Shown here piece after piece: positions 40,701 to 55,700 of a stretch of 64,000 nt of DNA. Numbering within the stretch: the stretch's first letter is position 1; the number at the start of each line of letters is the position of its first letter. The DNA is from Callorhinchus milii (Eukaryota). The DNA is taken from NCBI RefSeq assembly GCF_018977255.1, contig NW_024704743.1:94738001-94802000 (forward strand). Direction: 5' to 3'. A program made the position numbers and the translations under genes. The notes under the pieces were generated by a model. It was given only the letters and a program-made list of their open reading frames with translations. It was not told where the DNA came from and ran no database searches.

Positions 40701-43700
40701 GTCATCTTTCCCCTCCCCATCTCCTTGGCTCCTACCCCCAGCTTGGTTGCAAAACCAGAATTGTTAAGCACTTTGGGACATCCTTGTGACATGAAAGGCA
40801 CTATATAAATGTAAATTTGTATTGTATTTTCTGCTGCTCGCATTCGGCCTGTGGACACAGATCAGTAGCGAGTGCCTTTCCTTTAGCCATGACTGTTGTT
40901 GCAGTGCAAGAAACAGATCAGTCAGACAGCCAGGCAATCATTGGCTCCAAACTCCTTCAGCAACTGTGTTTGCTTCAAATGCAGTTTTTTTAACATCTAT
41001 CTTTACTGATAAACATCAATATATGTCTACCAGTAATATGCTGCTGCTGAGTAAATTAAATTGCATTTACAAATGTCATATTTTTCAATTTCCTTCAGGA
41101 ATGCTTCTGTAGTTCATAAATCAGCCACAATATTCTTTTGCAGTAGAGTTCCTTGTGAATTTCACGGAGTTTAAGAGCAAACCCAATAGAAATGAATATT
41201 AAAATAATTCATATTCGGTTCAAACAGCGTTCTTTACTGGCAGAGTTTGATCTGTGAATCTGTCAAAAATTGTCAGTTCAAAGAGGTTTATTTTCTCTAT
41301 TAGTTTTTGCCAATTCCCCTATTTCCAGAAACGACCAATTCTTTGCATATTTACATATCTACAGGCACCCAATACTACCTTGCCCAACTGCTGTTCCTTC
41401 ATATTTGAGTCTTGACTGTGATCGTCGACTGGTTATTTTACACCAACAACAAATTACATTTGTGTAGCGCCTTTCACGTTGGGAGGATGTCCCAAAGTGC
41501 TGGATAACAATGACAAACAATTTCACAGTGAGAGATATCAATGAAAAGCAATTTTGACCTCACTTGACATCCAAACCCATGCACTTTCCAGCAGGGATCA
41601 ATGGATTGTGATCCAAAGCGGGATCACTGGCTGATTTTTGCTTCCATCGCTCCAGAAGCAACAAGCCAAATGGTAGCATTCTGACTGCTGTCAAGGGAAA
41701 GATCAGCTTGCTCACTTTAAAACCGATGAGCCTCTGGCCTGTCTGGCTTTGTGGTGTAGGAGGCAGTAAATCTAGCTACTAAGCCATTGGGAGAGATGAA
41801 ATTCAACGAGATACTGTTTTGAGATATTTATTTCAGCCTGGTCATGTGATGATATCTAAGCAGTGTTTTTATAAACACAACAGCAACACAAGAATTTTAT
41901 AGAATTTTCTCATTTTCTCATTTTCAATGTGGTCAACAATTCAAGCAATTCAATTCAACAAGGAGTAAGGGTCTGTTTTGGTCAGTCAAGGATCTGATAC
42001 ACACAGAAACTAATCACCATTTTTTAAGATTCTTTGAGCCAAACTCCAAGGAGTGGTGATGTGCAGGCCTGAGTGTGAGACAACTGTTTGATAGCTTTAC
42101 ATTCCAACTGTATTAGTGTGGATCATGTGCAGAACAAACCAGCTGCCCAACATTGTTGCTTTTATGTTTTAAGACCATGCAAACCTCTGTAGAAAACTGG
42201 CTTCCAAGTGACAAATTAATGCAAAAAATATTTTTTTTTGTCTGAATTTAAATTTTACCTCAATAGTCTTAAGGCTTAGACAGTGAGATTTTTCAGATCT
42301 CAATAGCCTTAGGGGTGCTTTTGTTTGGTATGTTCAGTTGTCTAGAAATTGATTAAAGAAATCTTTAATAGCCAGTGGAAACTCAGTGAAGACTTTTCAA
42401 GAGCGTATTGACACTTATAGGATTCTGAGCTCCCTAAGAGTCCTGCCATAATCTTTGAAGGTGAAAAGATTTTTGTGTAATTCTTGTATTGGCTTCCAAT
42501 AATGAAAACGATGAGAAAAAAAACTCAATTCATATTTATGTCAAATCATTCAAATATTTGTTCAAATATTTATACAATCTGTGTATTTGTGCTCAATACA
42601 GATGACAATAGATTGGCTTTCAGTGATGAGTATTTTATCTTTTGAGACTGCAGTTTTGCAACCTATCACTTAATCTGAACAAAATATGGAGCTAAACCCC
42701 CCCTCAATTTCTAAAACTGAAATGAACAACACGAATCACTTAGCTGATGGTGCTCTAAGGACTATTGCTCAGGCACCTATATTTAGCTTTGTGTGAAAGA
42801 CCCATGATTTTTCTATGGTCCTACCTGTTCAAGTGAATGTTAAAGATCCCATGGCACCATCCAAAAAGGGAAAGGAGTTTCTCCCTGTGTCCTGGCCAAC
42901 AATCCCCAGATTAAAAAAAAGGCATTTACTTCAAGGCTGTTTGTGGAACATTGCTGCGTGCAAAATTGGCTGAAGTGTTTGCCTACAAAATACACAAACA
43001 CTACATTTTACATTAAAGCCTGTGAAGTGCTTTGAGATGTACCTCTGACGTGAAAGGTGCCATACCAAATGTAAAGATTATTATTAGTACTATTAAGTCA
43101 GCAAAAATTGTGATCACCAATAAATTTAAGGAAAAATATGATGCATTCATGAGGGAAAGGGAAATAATAATGACCCTTGCATTTATCACGTCTTCTAGAC
43201 ATCTCAAAGCGCTTCACAGAATATACTGTAAAGTGAATTGACTGTATGTTTTGTTGGTGAAATGGAGGGCTATAAATGAAGGGAACAGGAGGGGTCCAGA
43301 TCTATGTGGTGTATAAACACTACAATAGATATATTGGGCCAAATGCCCCATTTCTGTGGCATAACACTACAGAAACTCGTTTGAACATCCCCTGACTTCG
43401 GCAATATGGTTTGGCCTGAAGCTTCTGACCTCTGCTATTGTGGAATGTGGCTACTTCGGGGACACCGGCCACTCCACAAACCAGCTGATAACTAGCGACT
43501 GGTGTGGGCCCCAATTTTCAGTAATTAATACAACAAATGCCAAACTTTTCATCCCACAGTAATAGTTTCGGGCAGGAGTCGACCATTGCTCTATTTAAGC
43601 TGCCCGCCCAACACCATAGACCACAATAGATCCCTTAACCACATCTGCCTCATCCCCTAATAACCCAGAATCCGTTTAACTTGCAAGGACTTCTCTAGGT

Positions 43701-46700
43701 CCCTTTTCCAAAGGATTACGCCACCTGCGATGGTTCAATGGTTGAGTGAAAATAAAAACAAAACTGGTTAATATTATGTTCGTTATTCAGCTTCTGTTAT
43801 GCAAATGCTAAATATCTGGAGAAGAAACAGATGTACCTTCAGTGACTCTGCCTCTAATCTCTGGAACTCCCTGTCACAAACCCTCTGCCTCAGCCTCTTG
43901 TTATCTATCTTTAAATCAACCCTTAAGACCTACTTCTTGAATTACTCCAATGGCCACCTCCTCCCCCTTCTCCCTTACCCGGCAACCATCCCAGCCACAG
44001 TGCAGTACTCTGGGACCTATCCTGAATGAAGTGCGCTATATAAATGTAAGTTGCTGTTGTTATAGTGATGGGAATACAGATTGTTGATCAATGTATGCAA
44101 CTGTGACAGTTCTGCCCTCCTAGGAACATAGACATATTAGCTGTGAACGTAACTGGTCAGGGTTGAAATAATATAAACTGTAATGTTGGATCAATATCTT
44201 CGATTGTATTATACTACCTTTGGGCGTCAGGGAGAAATTTGACTTAGAAGCTTATTTTCATGTAAATTTTATCAGAGGTTAGCTATCTCCTGCAAGGGAT
44301 TAAAGTTAGTTTAAAGTGTATGATGTTGCAGATCTGTGAAAGGAACAGGACAAATGTGTTTTCCCCTCGCTTCTTTACCTGTGTTTTTAATCACAATTTG
44401 TTAGAAAATATTTTACAAATATTGAATAAAAAGACTGTGTGCTTTTAAATGTTTGAAGTTATGCTTGGAGAAATCATAGAAATTTACAACAACAACAAAA
44501 TTACATTTGTATTGTACCTTTAATAATAACAATAATCCTTGCATTTGATATAGCGCTTTTCACGTCGGGAGGACGTCCCAAAGCGCTTCACAGAACACAC
44601 TGTAAAGTGAATTGACTGTATATTTGTGGGCGAACGCGGCAGCCAATTGCGCACAGCAATGTCCCACAAACAGTCGTAGATTGAAAATGACCAATTTATT
44701 TTTGGTTTTTGGAGGGATTATTATTAGGCGTGGGGAGTAAGGAAGCGTACCCAAGGTTGCGCCCTGCCCTGCCTGGAATTGAACTCAGGTCTCTCGCTTA
44801 CAAAGCGAGTGCTCTAACCACTGAGCTACAGGACTCCGCATTTGTATTGTACCTACATTTGTATTGTACCTTTCATGTCGGCAGGATATCCCAAGGCACT
44901 GAAAACAGTGCAGAAGGAAGCTATTCAACTCATCGATGCTGGACCAGCTCTGAGAGCAAGGTGCCCTATCTTATCTTTATACCTCTTCAAGCCTCTATCT
45001 TTCATGTACTTGTCTATTTCCCTCTTGAAACCCACAATGGGCTCAGTCTCTAACACCTTACTTAACATAAGAAATGCTAGATGCAAAAAGCCCAAGGTCC
45101 ATCTAGTTTGTTTTCCACCTTCCTGGCGATCGCATTCACAATTTTCCTAAACCACCCATAATGTTATTTCCTAAAGTATCTAATCTGTGTGTGAAAGAAT
45201 GAACACTTCCTGCTTCAAACATCTGGACAAGTTGAAACAGCCTGTCATAATGCAGTCCTTCCATTCCCTTAATCATTTGGTGGCCTTCACTGTGCCTTCT
45301 CGATTTCTCCAATATCCTTTTAGGCAACCAGAACTGTACACAGTACTCCAAGTATGATCTCACCAATGATTTGCACAGTGGCAGGATTATCCCACTATTT
45401 CGGCTTGCTATGGATCTTTTGATACATCCCAATATTTGGTTTGCTTTACTCACTGATACTACGTGCCATTTTCCTTCATGGTCTTAAATATTTTTTTTCC
45501 TCTTTATGATTTGCTTTGTAGCCTCATCAAACCAGGCAGGAGTGTCTTTAATCTTGGTACCTTTGCTTCGCATGGGTACACATTGTTCCATCGCCTTCAT
45601 AATCACCCCCTTGAAGGAACTCCATAGGTCTTCCACTCCCATTGCCATATTTAAGACTGCCAGGCCCACTCCGACTAGTCTTCTCAAGCGCACAAAGTCA
45701 GTTTTCTTGAAATTTGGCAGTTTTGTTTGTGTTTTTATAACCTCATCAACTCTTGTGATGCAAATGTGACTGCATTGTGATCGCTGTTGCTTTACGCTCT
45801 CCCACTTTTATGTTGGAGATTTGGTCGTCCCTATTGCTCATTAATGAATCCAAGATGTTATCTCCCCTTGTTGGCTCTTTTACAAACTGAATCATAAAAC
45901 AGTCTTCCGTTAACTCTAGAAACCCCTTCCCTATCTTACCAGTAGACAGATTATTATCCTAATCAATTTTGGGTAAGTTAAAATCTCCAACCACTATGGT
46001 TGGTCCTTCACTAGCGGCCTTCCTCATCTCATCCCACAGTTCCAGATCGAAGCTTTCAACCTGGCTTAGGGGTCTATAGAAGACCCCCAGTAATAGCTTA
46101 CCTGTTATCATCTTTTAAGTCTACCCAAAGTGATTCTGTGTCTGCCCTTTCCTTTTTTATATCCTCTCTGACTTGTGTCTCAATAATGGAGTTTATATAT
46201 AGTGCCACACCACCTCCTCTTCTCCCGATACAGTCCCTTCTAAATAGCTTATAACCTTCCAGATGTGTATCCCATTGATTGGATTCATTCCACCATGTTT
46301 ATGTTATGCTAATGATGTCCAATCTATCACCCCCTACAAGACCTTCCAGATTACATATCTTGTTTGTCAGACTTCTTGCATTAATGCAAGTACAGCTCTT
46401 GCAGTAAACAGTAAATGTTTTTTGCCTTTCCCATTTACTGTATAACCATTTTTTGTTTCTTTTTCCACCAACCTTTGGAGATAAACCCGTTACATTGGTA
46501 TGCCTTAAGGTTTTCCCTAATTGGTTTGGGTTCTCTCTTACATCTACAGCAATCACCCCTGTGCCTAGTTAAACACTCCCTAACTAAATTATCTATCCTA
46601 CCTGCCAACACCTCCACTCCCCATCCGGTCTGTATAGATGCCCCCTATTCCAAAAGGTACCCCATTGTTTGAGGAAACAAAAACCTGACTCCCTACGCCA

Positions 46701-49700
46701 ATGCCTTAGACATACATTGGTCTGCCTAATTATCCTCTGTCTTTCCTCACTAGCACATGGTAAGGGTAGTATTTTGGAAAATACTACACTTGAAGTCTTT
46801 CCCCTTAGCTTGGCGGGGCATCCACATCCCAACCATTAGCAGTAGCAGTTGAAATTGCAAGAGGAAAGAAAAACAGGCTGATTGTTTGTCAAAAGAACAA
46901 CAAAAACGAGAAGTTACAACAAATAATAATCCTCACATTTGATATAGCGCCATTCACATCAGGAGAATATATTGTAAAGTCTAGTGAGTGTATGTCACGT
47001 GGATGAATGTACTTTGTGGGTGTGGAAATACTTGATGATCAACACAATAAAAAAAGTGACTTTCCTGACTCCAATTATCATCACAAATCATCAAACACAG
47101 TCAGTGACCATCAATGACCACGGGAGTAACAATCCCCCTCCCCCACTTCAGGGCAGTGGTTGGTTCCAAAACTGGCTTGAAAATTGCCTTGTTTTTGTCA
47201 ATCCTGGTGTGGTTGCCGTGGTTGCCAGCTGCAGAGTACAGTGTTCCAGTTCTGCTTCACCAGATACAGCCTTAAAATTACACTGCGCTCTGCAATTACT
47301 AACAACAGTGAATGCTTCACTAGTGCTAAAAGCAAAGATAGCAGCAGTCAATTTTTGGACCGTTCTGGCACTCAACAGCTGTGCTAAAGCTGAGGGGAAA
47401 GGTTGCATCTATCACCTTATTTGGCAGGGCATTCGATGTCTCAACAACAACAACAACATTCCATTCATAGAGCGCCTTTCACGTCGGGAGGACGTCCCAA
47501 GGCGCTGGACAGTTGGGTCAGGACCCGAGCAGGGGGGAAATTGTCAGGGTGAGGGGAGGGAAGGGAGGGAGCGAGGAGGGGGTAGAGAGTCGAGAGGGGA
47601 GCTGAAGGCACAGTCAAAGAGAAAGGTCTTGAGACCGGCCTTGAAGGAGGAAAGGGAGGAAGCAAGGGAAGGCACTGGGGGATAGAGTTCTCGAGCCTAG
47701 GGGCTGAGAGACTGAAGGCCCGGCCACCGATGGTAGGGCGGTTGGGGCGGGGGATGTGGAGCAGACCAGAGCCAGAGGAACGGAGGGTATGGGCAGGTAG
47801 GTAAGGGGATAGTAGGTCGGAGAGGTAGGAGGGAGCAAGGCCTGTGTAAAAAAAACTTTCTTTAACCTCTTCTTGTGACTATCAAATATATGTTCCTTAG
47901 ACATTGGCTCCTCTAACAGTGGAATAAGCTTCTCCCTCTTTACCCCCCTATACCAAACCCCTCATAATTTTGTACACCTCTATCTGTTGTTTGCGTGGAA
48001 ATCACAAAGCTATGAATGTAAATCACTTACCTGTTTCAGAGCTTTTTTGGTATGTTGCTGAGTAGAAGAGAGCAGCTTGTTTTGTGCAATTGAGGTTGAA
48101 GAGCTGGTAGAATGTGGAGAGGACATCCCGTCAGGCATCTGTTTTGGGCAAACTGTATAAGAAAGAACAAAAGAAGTCACAAACACAGCTATCAATAAGT
48201 TTAGACCTTCATTGTCAGCATTCTGGGCAGAATGTCTAATTTATTTGGAATAATATTAATCCTTGCATTTGTTATAGCACCTTTCATGCCAGGAGGACAT
48301 CGTAAATCGCTTCACAGGATATACTGTAAAGTGGAGCGACTATGTGTTTTGTGGATGTAGAGTGACTATCAGCTGCAGATTAGGCCCAGTAACAGATCCT
48401 GTAAAGAAGGCAAAACCAAAACACGGTATATCGCAACAACCAATTGTACAAAGAGTGCATCCCAATATTTGCCTACAAAATACATAGCCACTACACTGTG
48501 CTGCAAATTCTATGAAGCGCTTTGAGATGTCCTCCATACGTGAAAGGTGCGTCATCCAATGCAAGGATTATAATATTATTATTCCATCCTTATTGTCATG
48601 TGATCATTCAATATCGGAAAGGAACACTATGCCATCCAACAATTTGATTCGAACACATTTGCAGGAAATTGATTGGAAGTCAACTGAAAAGTCATCCACT
48701 GATAACTATTCGTCAAGTCCTTATGCTGAGTATGGAGTTGGTTTCACCCTTCAAATGTCCTTGTGAGAATGGAGTTTGTTACAGGAAAGGTTCTGACATA
48801 CTGTAGAAGAAGCTAACCAGATGATAATCTGACACAGGCTGGCGTTCAAAATAGTAGTGAAAATAACAGCATGTGAACTTTGCAGACTACTACACAAATC
48901 CAACAACAACTTGAATTTATAAAGCACCCTTCACATAGCATCTCAGGCACTGATACATATGCATGTTTGATAGACTTGGAAATAAATGGTCTTACTCCGA
49001 GGTTAAACTGAACTGGAGGATTTTAATAAAATCTGGCATGCTACAATGTTTTCCTGTTGTGGGAGAGAGCAGAGATTAACTGCTGCTAATAACACATTCC
49101 ATAATGTAGCCTTACATTCTTCAGTGTATGGGAAGGACACCTGAATGCCCAAGGCACAAATGTATTAAAATGGACAGGGCTCACAATATTTTTTCCCCAC
49201 TATGAGTTGACAACAATTCTCTATTTGTATTTGGATGTTGAATGAATGATTTTGATTCAGGCACTGTGAACCATTCAGAGGCACTTTTCCATCAAACATT
49301 GGAATCTATTTTACTCTATTCCCTATAAATAGCAATCCTTTTGCTATGTCTTTATAATGGGAATTCATTCACTGAATGTCAAAAAACATGTTCCAAGTCT
49401 GAAAACAATCAGAAAGAAGTTCGAGATGTTTTTTGTTCATCAGCAGCATAAAGTTTTGACATCCATTCATACATGGACATGCAATATGTCATCTGTGCTC
49501 ATATATTCAGAATGTGTCACTAAGAAACAATAATCTTACATTTCATATAGTGCTTTTTACAATGGGACATCTTAAAGCACTTCACAGGATGTATTGTAAA
49601 GTGCAGTGACTATTTTGTAGGTGAATGCAGCAGCCAGTTTGCAATCAGGCAGAAAATGAATGGCCAATTTTATTTGGGGGATTGTTGGTCAGGACACCAA

Positions 49701-52700
49701 GAGAAACACCCTTCTCTTTTCAAATAATTCCATGGATCTCTACCGTACACTTGAACACGCAGTCAGTACCTCGGTTTAAAATCTCATCTGAAGGGTGCAC
49801 CTCCAACAACGTAGCACACTCTCAGCACTGTATTGTAGTGTCAGTTTAGACTATTACAAGTCCATAGTCCCATAAAATGGGGCATGAAACCACAACTTTT
49901 TGACTGTGAGGCAAGAGTCCTAGCAATTGAGCCAGGCTGATATGACTCACAAAAAAATAAAATGCCGTCTAAAACTATAATCTCTATCTAGCCTTTCATA
50001 AAAAGAAGTTTTAAATAAGTAAAGCTGTTAAGGCATTTTAATGTTTTATTGAGAATAAATGGCCTGTTTTACTGGATGCAGAAATCAGCTTCAAGGTAAC
50101 TGCAGACAGATGAATTTGTGCCCTGAAATAATGAAGAATATACCATGAATGGCATGTTTACTTGTAACAAGCTTTCCACAAGGAGAAAGGCTCTTCACAA
50201 CACCCAGGGGGCTGTTGTCCAGCACTCTCGAACAGAATTAGTGTTTCAATCTTTCCATTTATTTTGCATTTCATACAACTGATGTAAAGCACCACCACAG
50301 GGTACATACATCACAACACAATAAGCAAAGCAAGCAACACCAATATCACGGTTACAACCATCACCATTTAGGTGACAGAAGAGCACTATTTATCTGGTGG
50401 AACATTTATTGCAAGCAGCTAAATCTCGACCAGTGTCATCAATGTGCTAGAAAGTGGGGAGAAATGTACAAAAAGGCACTCATTCTTTTCAGTCCATGTC
50501 TTCTTCACAGTTTAGGGGGTGGATCTTGCGAGACTGATCATCAGTTATTAACTACTGTACCTGAGGGGGTCTGGCCACTCCAGATTACAAAGCTACTGAA
50601 TAGAAAAATAAATAGAGGATACCTTTCTTTTTGAATGATTCAGAAATTGCTATAAGTAAGTACTAAAGCAATGATTCATCACAGTGGAAAAAGCTACTGA
50701 AGGTTTCATGAGCATTTTTTAAACAATTCAGTCAACATTTCTCTATTCTGTAATATACTGTGCAGAACTCCAGTTAGTGGCATTGCTTGAATAATTCAAC
50801 CTATGAGTTTCATATAATCTTTGGCAACTTTTGTGCTGATTCAACCAATTTACACCTGCAACAGCAGCAGATTCTTCTTGTGATCAGATCTGAGGGCTTT
50901 CAAACATTGCACTGTATTCATGGGCACAAATTGGATTTCTTGTGCTCATGTATATTACAGAAGGATCAGAACCAAAGTGACCTAATTTGTGTAATAACAT
51001 TCTCCCAACGGCATTCAACAACAACAACGACACAACAACAAGATTCCATTTATAGAGCACCTTTCACGTCAGGAGGACGTCCCAACCTAACCTGTTCACT
51101 GGTAACAGCACCTTAACACTGGCGAAATTTGCATTCAATCATTTATAAAGCAGCTTGATACTGTGATGGGAGGTCGGTAAGGTGGGTATTTTGGAGGAAT
51201 GAGATCAGATGAGTTTCTACATTTTTCTTCATCCAAACCATATTGTGATCTTGTGACTTTTTTTCCTCCCTGCATGTTCTCTAATTCCCAACAACACATC
51301 CTGAAGACTATAATCCGGGAGAGAATAAATCTTCACTTGGAAGAATATGGGTTAATTAGGGACAGCCAACATGGATTTGTTAAAGGCAAATTTTGTCTAA
51401 CAAATCTAAGAGAATTTTTCGATGAGGTAACAGAGAGGGTGCAGTTGATATAGTTTATATGGACTTTCAAAAGGCATTTGACAAAGTGAAAGACTTGTAA
51501 GAAAGATAGAAGCCCATGGTATAAAAGAGACAGTGGCAGCATGGATCCAGAACTGGCTGGGAGACAGAAAGCAGAGTTGTGGTGAACGGCTACTTTTCTG
51601 ATTGGAGGTAAGTGTACAGTGGCGATTCCCCAGGGATCGGTATTAGGACCACTGCTCTTCTTAATATACATAAATGATCTGGACTTGGGTATAGCAAGTA
51701 CCATTTCCAAGTTTGCGGATGACACAAAGTTAGGTAGGGTAGTAAACAGTGAGAAGGATAGTGGAAAAATGCGAGGTAATGCATTTTGGTAGAAAGAATG
51801 AGGGGAGGCAATATAGGCTGGTAATACAATCTTAAGGGGGATAAAAGAACAGAGAGACCTGGGGGTGCAGGTAAATGAATCCTTGAAGTTGGCAGGACAG
51901 GTAGATAAAGTGGTAAAAAGGGCATGTGGGATACTAGGCTTTATAAATAGGGGCATAGAGTACAAGAGTCAGGAGGTTATGATTAACCTATATAAAACAC
52001 TGGTTAGGGCTCAGTTAGAATATTGCATCCAGTTCTGGGCACCACACTATAGGAAGGATGTTAAGGCAATGGAAAGGCTGCAGAGGAGATTTACAAGAAT
52101 GGTACCAGGAATGAGGGACCTTGATTATGAGGAAAGGCGAGAGAGGCTGGATTATTCTCATTGGAGCAGAGAAGATTACGAGGAGACCTAAAAGAGGTCT
52201 TCAAAATCATGAGGGGATTGGATAGGTTAGAAAGAGAAAAACTGTTTCCAATGGTGGGTGTGTCAGTGACTCGAGGTCACAGATTCCAAATAGTATCTAA
52301 AAGAAGTAGAGGGGAGGTGAGAAGAATTTTTTTCATGCAGCGAGTTGTTTGAATCTGGAACGCATTGCCTGAAAAGGTGATCGAAGCCGATTCGATAACT
52401 ACTTTTAAAAACGCGGTGGACGGGTATTTGAGGAGGACAGGTTTGCAGGGTTATGGGGAAAGGGCTGGGGAGTGGGATTGACATTACATTACTCTTTTCA
52501 AAGAGCCGGCACAAATTCGATGGGCCGAATTCTCTTTTTGTGCTGTACGATTCTATGATTCTATGAACACAATTGAGATAAGATACTCACTATGTGGTGC
52601 AATGAGGAGCAAATGCAGTGCTCCATCACTATTTCACACAGCATTTTGGAGCTAATGTGCTGGGCCACTGTTTTGTCATATGAATTACTTTAATCACCGT

Positions 52701-55700
52701 CACTAATGCTTCAAACAATAATTGCTTGGCAGATAATGTAATTTGAAGAAATATAAACTCAGTCTCATGAAAAATTCAAGTACAGTTTACTGTTGCCTAC
52801 ATAAAAATTGATGCCTTGGTAACTCCATTCTCTACAGGACCAGTATGAATTAACCAGAGCAGGTATTAAAAGATCATTTAAACCATGACTGCATTATCAT
52901 GCCAAACAGGTTCTCTATATCCACTGTGAATTTTAACAACAGAAATTTCCATATTTTATGTAGATCTACTCTCCAAATACACAACATTCCAGGCACATTT
53001 ATTGTAAGGTGTTACAAGCTGAATTATCAAATTATCATCTTGAAGCTTGAACTGCTAACAGATGTTGCATTTTATACAGACTGCAAATGTAGCTCTTCTG
53101 GAATCAAGTGTCTGTAAAATGCCTTACAAAACTTCATCAAAAAACACTCTAATGGCCCAATTAGCCCATGTACCTTTGGACTCAAATAGCATTTGTATCC
53201 AGGACAAGCATGTAAACAAATACACGCACATTTTACTAGCCTGGGTGCCTACTAATATCCCTACATGTGTGTTTCTGATCTCAATTAGATTTGCTGAAGA
53301 GCTTTTCCAGTTCTTTTCCTGTAGGGAAGAATGAAGAAAAATAAGTACAGGAGAACTTAACCTGGGCCATGTGAGAAGGGATACTGGGTTCTAATATTTA
53401 TTCTGTTATTGATCGATATGTGGTCCAATTTGAGCTTTAGAGATTAATTTTCTCCCAATCAGGAAACTTACCTGACATAACAACATGCATTTCTAATCGG
53501 ATTTTCTAGTTAAATTTGCAAAATGGCAATATTGGTANTTTTTTTGAGAATGTAGCCTCCTTAAACTTTCTTGTCAAAAAAAAATGAACTGCACTATACT
53601 ATAGTCTTTAGTGCTATATTTTTCATGCCCATAAATGTACTAAGTTTTTTAAAAAATACAATGCCGATCACCTGTAACATGTAGCATGAACAACAGATCA
53701 AATACATTTGGGTAAAAAGAGAAGAATAGTAGCTGAAAGTCATCTTGCAAAATGCAAGAGCCAATGTACTCCAATTCGGTAGAATTTAGCTCAGGGATTA
53801 AAATGCAGGGACATCAAAGAGACAAGAAGCACCATCAACTGACTGAACAATAAAGCAGTGACAGCGATGAATCCTTGCAATTTAATGACACACCCAAATA
53901 CTGTCAAATCCTTACTGTACCACCCTAAACTCATGATATTTTCAGGGCAAGTAATTGCTTACAGATTCACAGTTAAATAAGCTTTGTACGAACATATCCA
54001 AATTGAAGTATGGAATTGAAAAATAGTGGGGTGGTGCATTCTGCACCCCAATCTCAGCCTGACAGCACAGATGCAAAATACAGTAACAAGCATTAAATCA
54101 CATCATCTTAAATGTGAGAGCAAAATGAGGAATACAAAATGTAGTCGTACTGTAGGCACTCTGGGCCCAATTTGGGCATTTAGTAAATCCTGCAGTAACG
54201 TGCCACTGGATAAAATTGGGCATATACTGTATATCAATTTGAGTATTAAGAAAGGAACATATGGTTTGGGTTTTCCAATTAGTGGTGCTGCATAGTATCT
54301 CCATTATGCTGATTTACTGGTCAGAACACACTTTGAATATTGCATTCAGTTTTGGGATTCGATGTCACGCAAATACAAAAAACTATAATACGCAAAATTG
54401 TACCTCATCTTAACCTGTAACCTTTATCTTAAAATACTCTGGAGTTGGTAAATTTTAAGAATGGCAGAAACTCTGCTCACAAATTAAAAGATTAATTTAT
54501 GAATTTTCCACATTCTTTCCACAGTCTTAAGACTTAGCTCTTTGAGTGTGCCTTCAGTCATCTTTTTCCCCTACCTCGGCTGACCTGCCAGCTGCACAAA
54601 GCACTTTGAAACATCCTTCTGACATGAAAAACTCTGAATAATATAATTGAATTGTATTATGTTTTGCATTTGATATAGTACCTTTCATGTGGCGAGGTTG
54701 TCTCAAAGCGCTTCACAGGATTTTTCTGCAATGTGCAGGAAAATATAGGGAAATAAACACAAAGCAATCCAAAGATTAGAGTACATCAATGAATTTTTTT
54801 TATTTGCATGGCATAGAATCCCCAAACTGAATGCTATATAAATTTAAAGTAGCTGTCGGAAAAACTCATCCAAAAAGTTTTTAATAATCTATCAAGGAAG
54901 AGGAAAAAAAGTTGGGTTCATAATGAAAATAAATGGCACGATGATTAGTTACTGTGAGAAAGGGTGAGCTTTGGTGGGACCAATGGTCTTTTCTCACCAA
55001 TGACCCTCCATATGTTCTTTTTCACCAGGAAAATCACTAAAATTAGGAACTCTGTGATCTATAGGATGAGTTCCTATCTACTGAGTTCTTGAATAGCATT
55101 TATCTTTATTTGCCCTTTTGCTCTTCTAAGAATTATTGAGAGGAAAATGAGAGAACAGAAGACTGCAGTAGTAATTTATTCATTTGATGTTAAAACATCT
55201 TTGTTTCATGCATTTTTACACCAGCCTCCTGATCCAATGACTGTCTGGTGACTAGTCTGGCTGAAGTGATAAATGTTTCTTTCCTATTAGTGCAGACAGA
55301 TTTCAGATTTGTAAACTCATCCAACACTGGGGGCAAAAAACCAGTCTTTTCTTTTGGGATTCCAACAACCATTAACATTTTTAAAGCGCCTTTTGCATCA
55401 GGAGGTTGTAACAAATGTAAATTTGTATTGTATTGAGATCTATTTTTAGAGCAGTGCTTAGTATAACCTACTCACAGTTACCAGAAGGATTCTTACTTCT
55501 ATTTATTATTAAAGAATTATGCTAAAAAACTTTGCATATTAAACCCTGTTGTTTTTCAATCACAAGAAATTGTTAACAAAGCATCCAAAGCATCCAAAAC
55601 CAATATGTTCCTCTGCGAGATGGAGGCATAGCCAAAAGATAAAAGAAGCTCCATTCAACATGGTTCATACTTTACAATACCACAATAATCACCTCAAGAA

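Noticed and set aside
46984..47685. 233-aa + strand ORF
   Set aside because: It is a chance ORF running from unique intron sequence into an antisense L2 3' end, with no recognisable protein similarity.
51333..51965. 210-aa minus-strand ORF
   Set aside because: This is the antisense frame of the CR1 reverse-transcriptase remnant.
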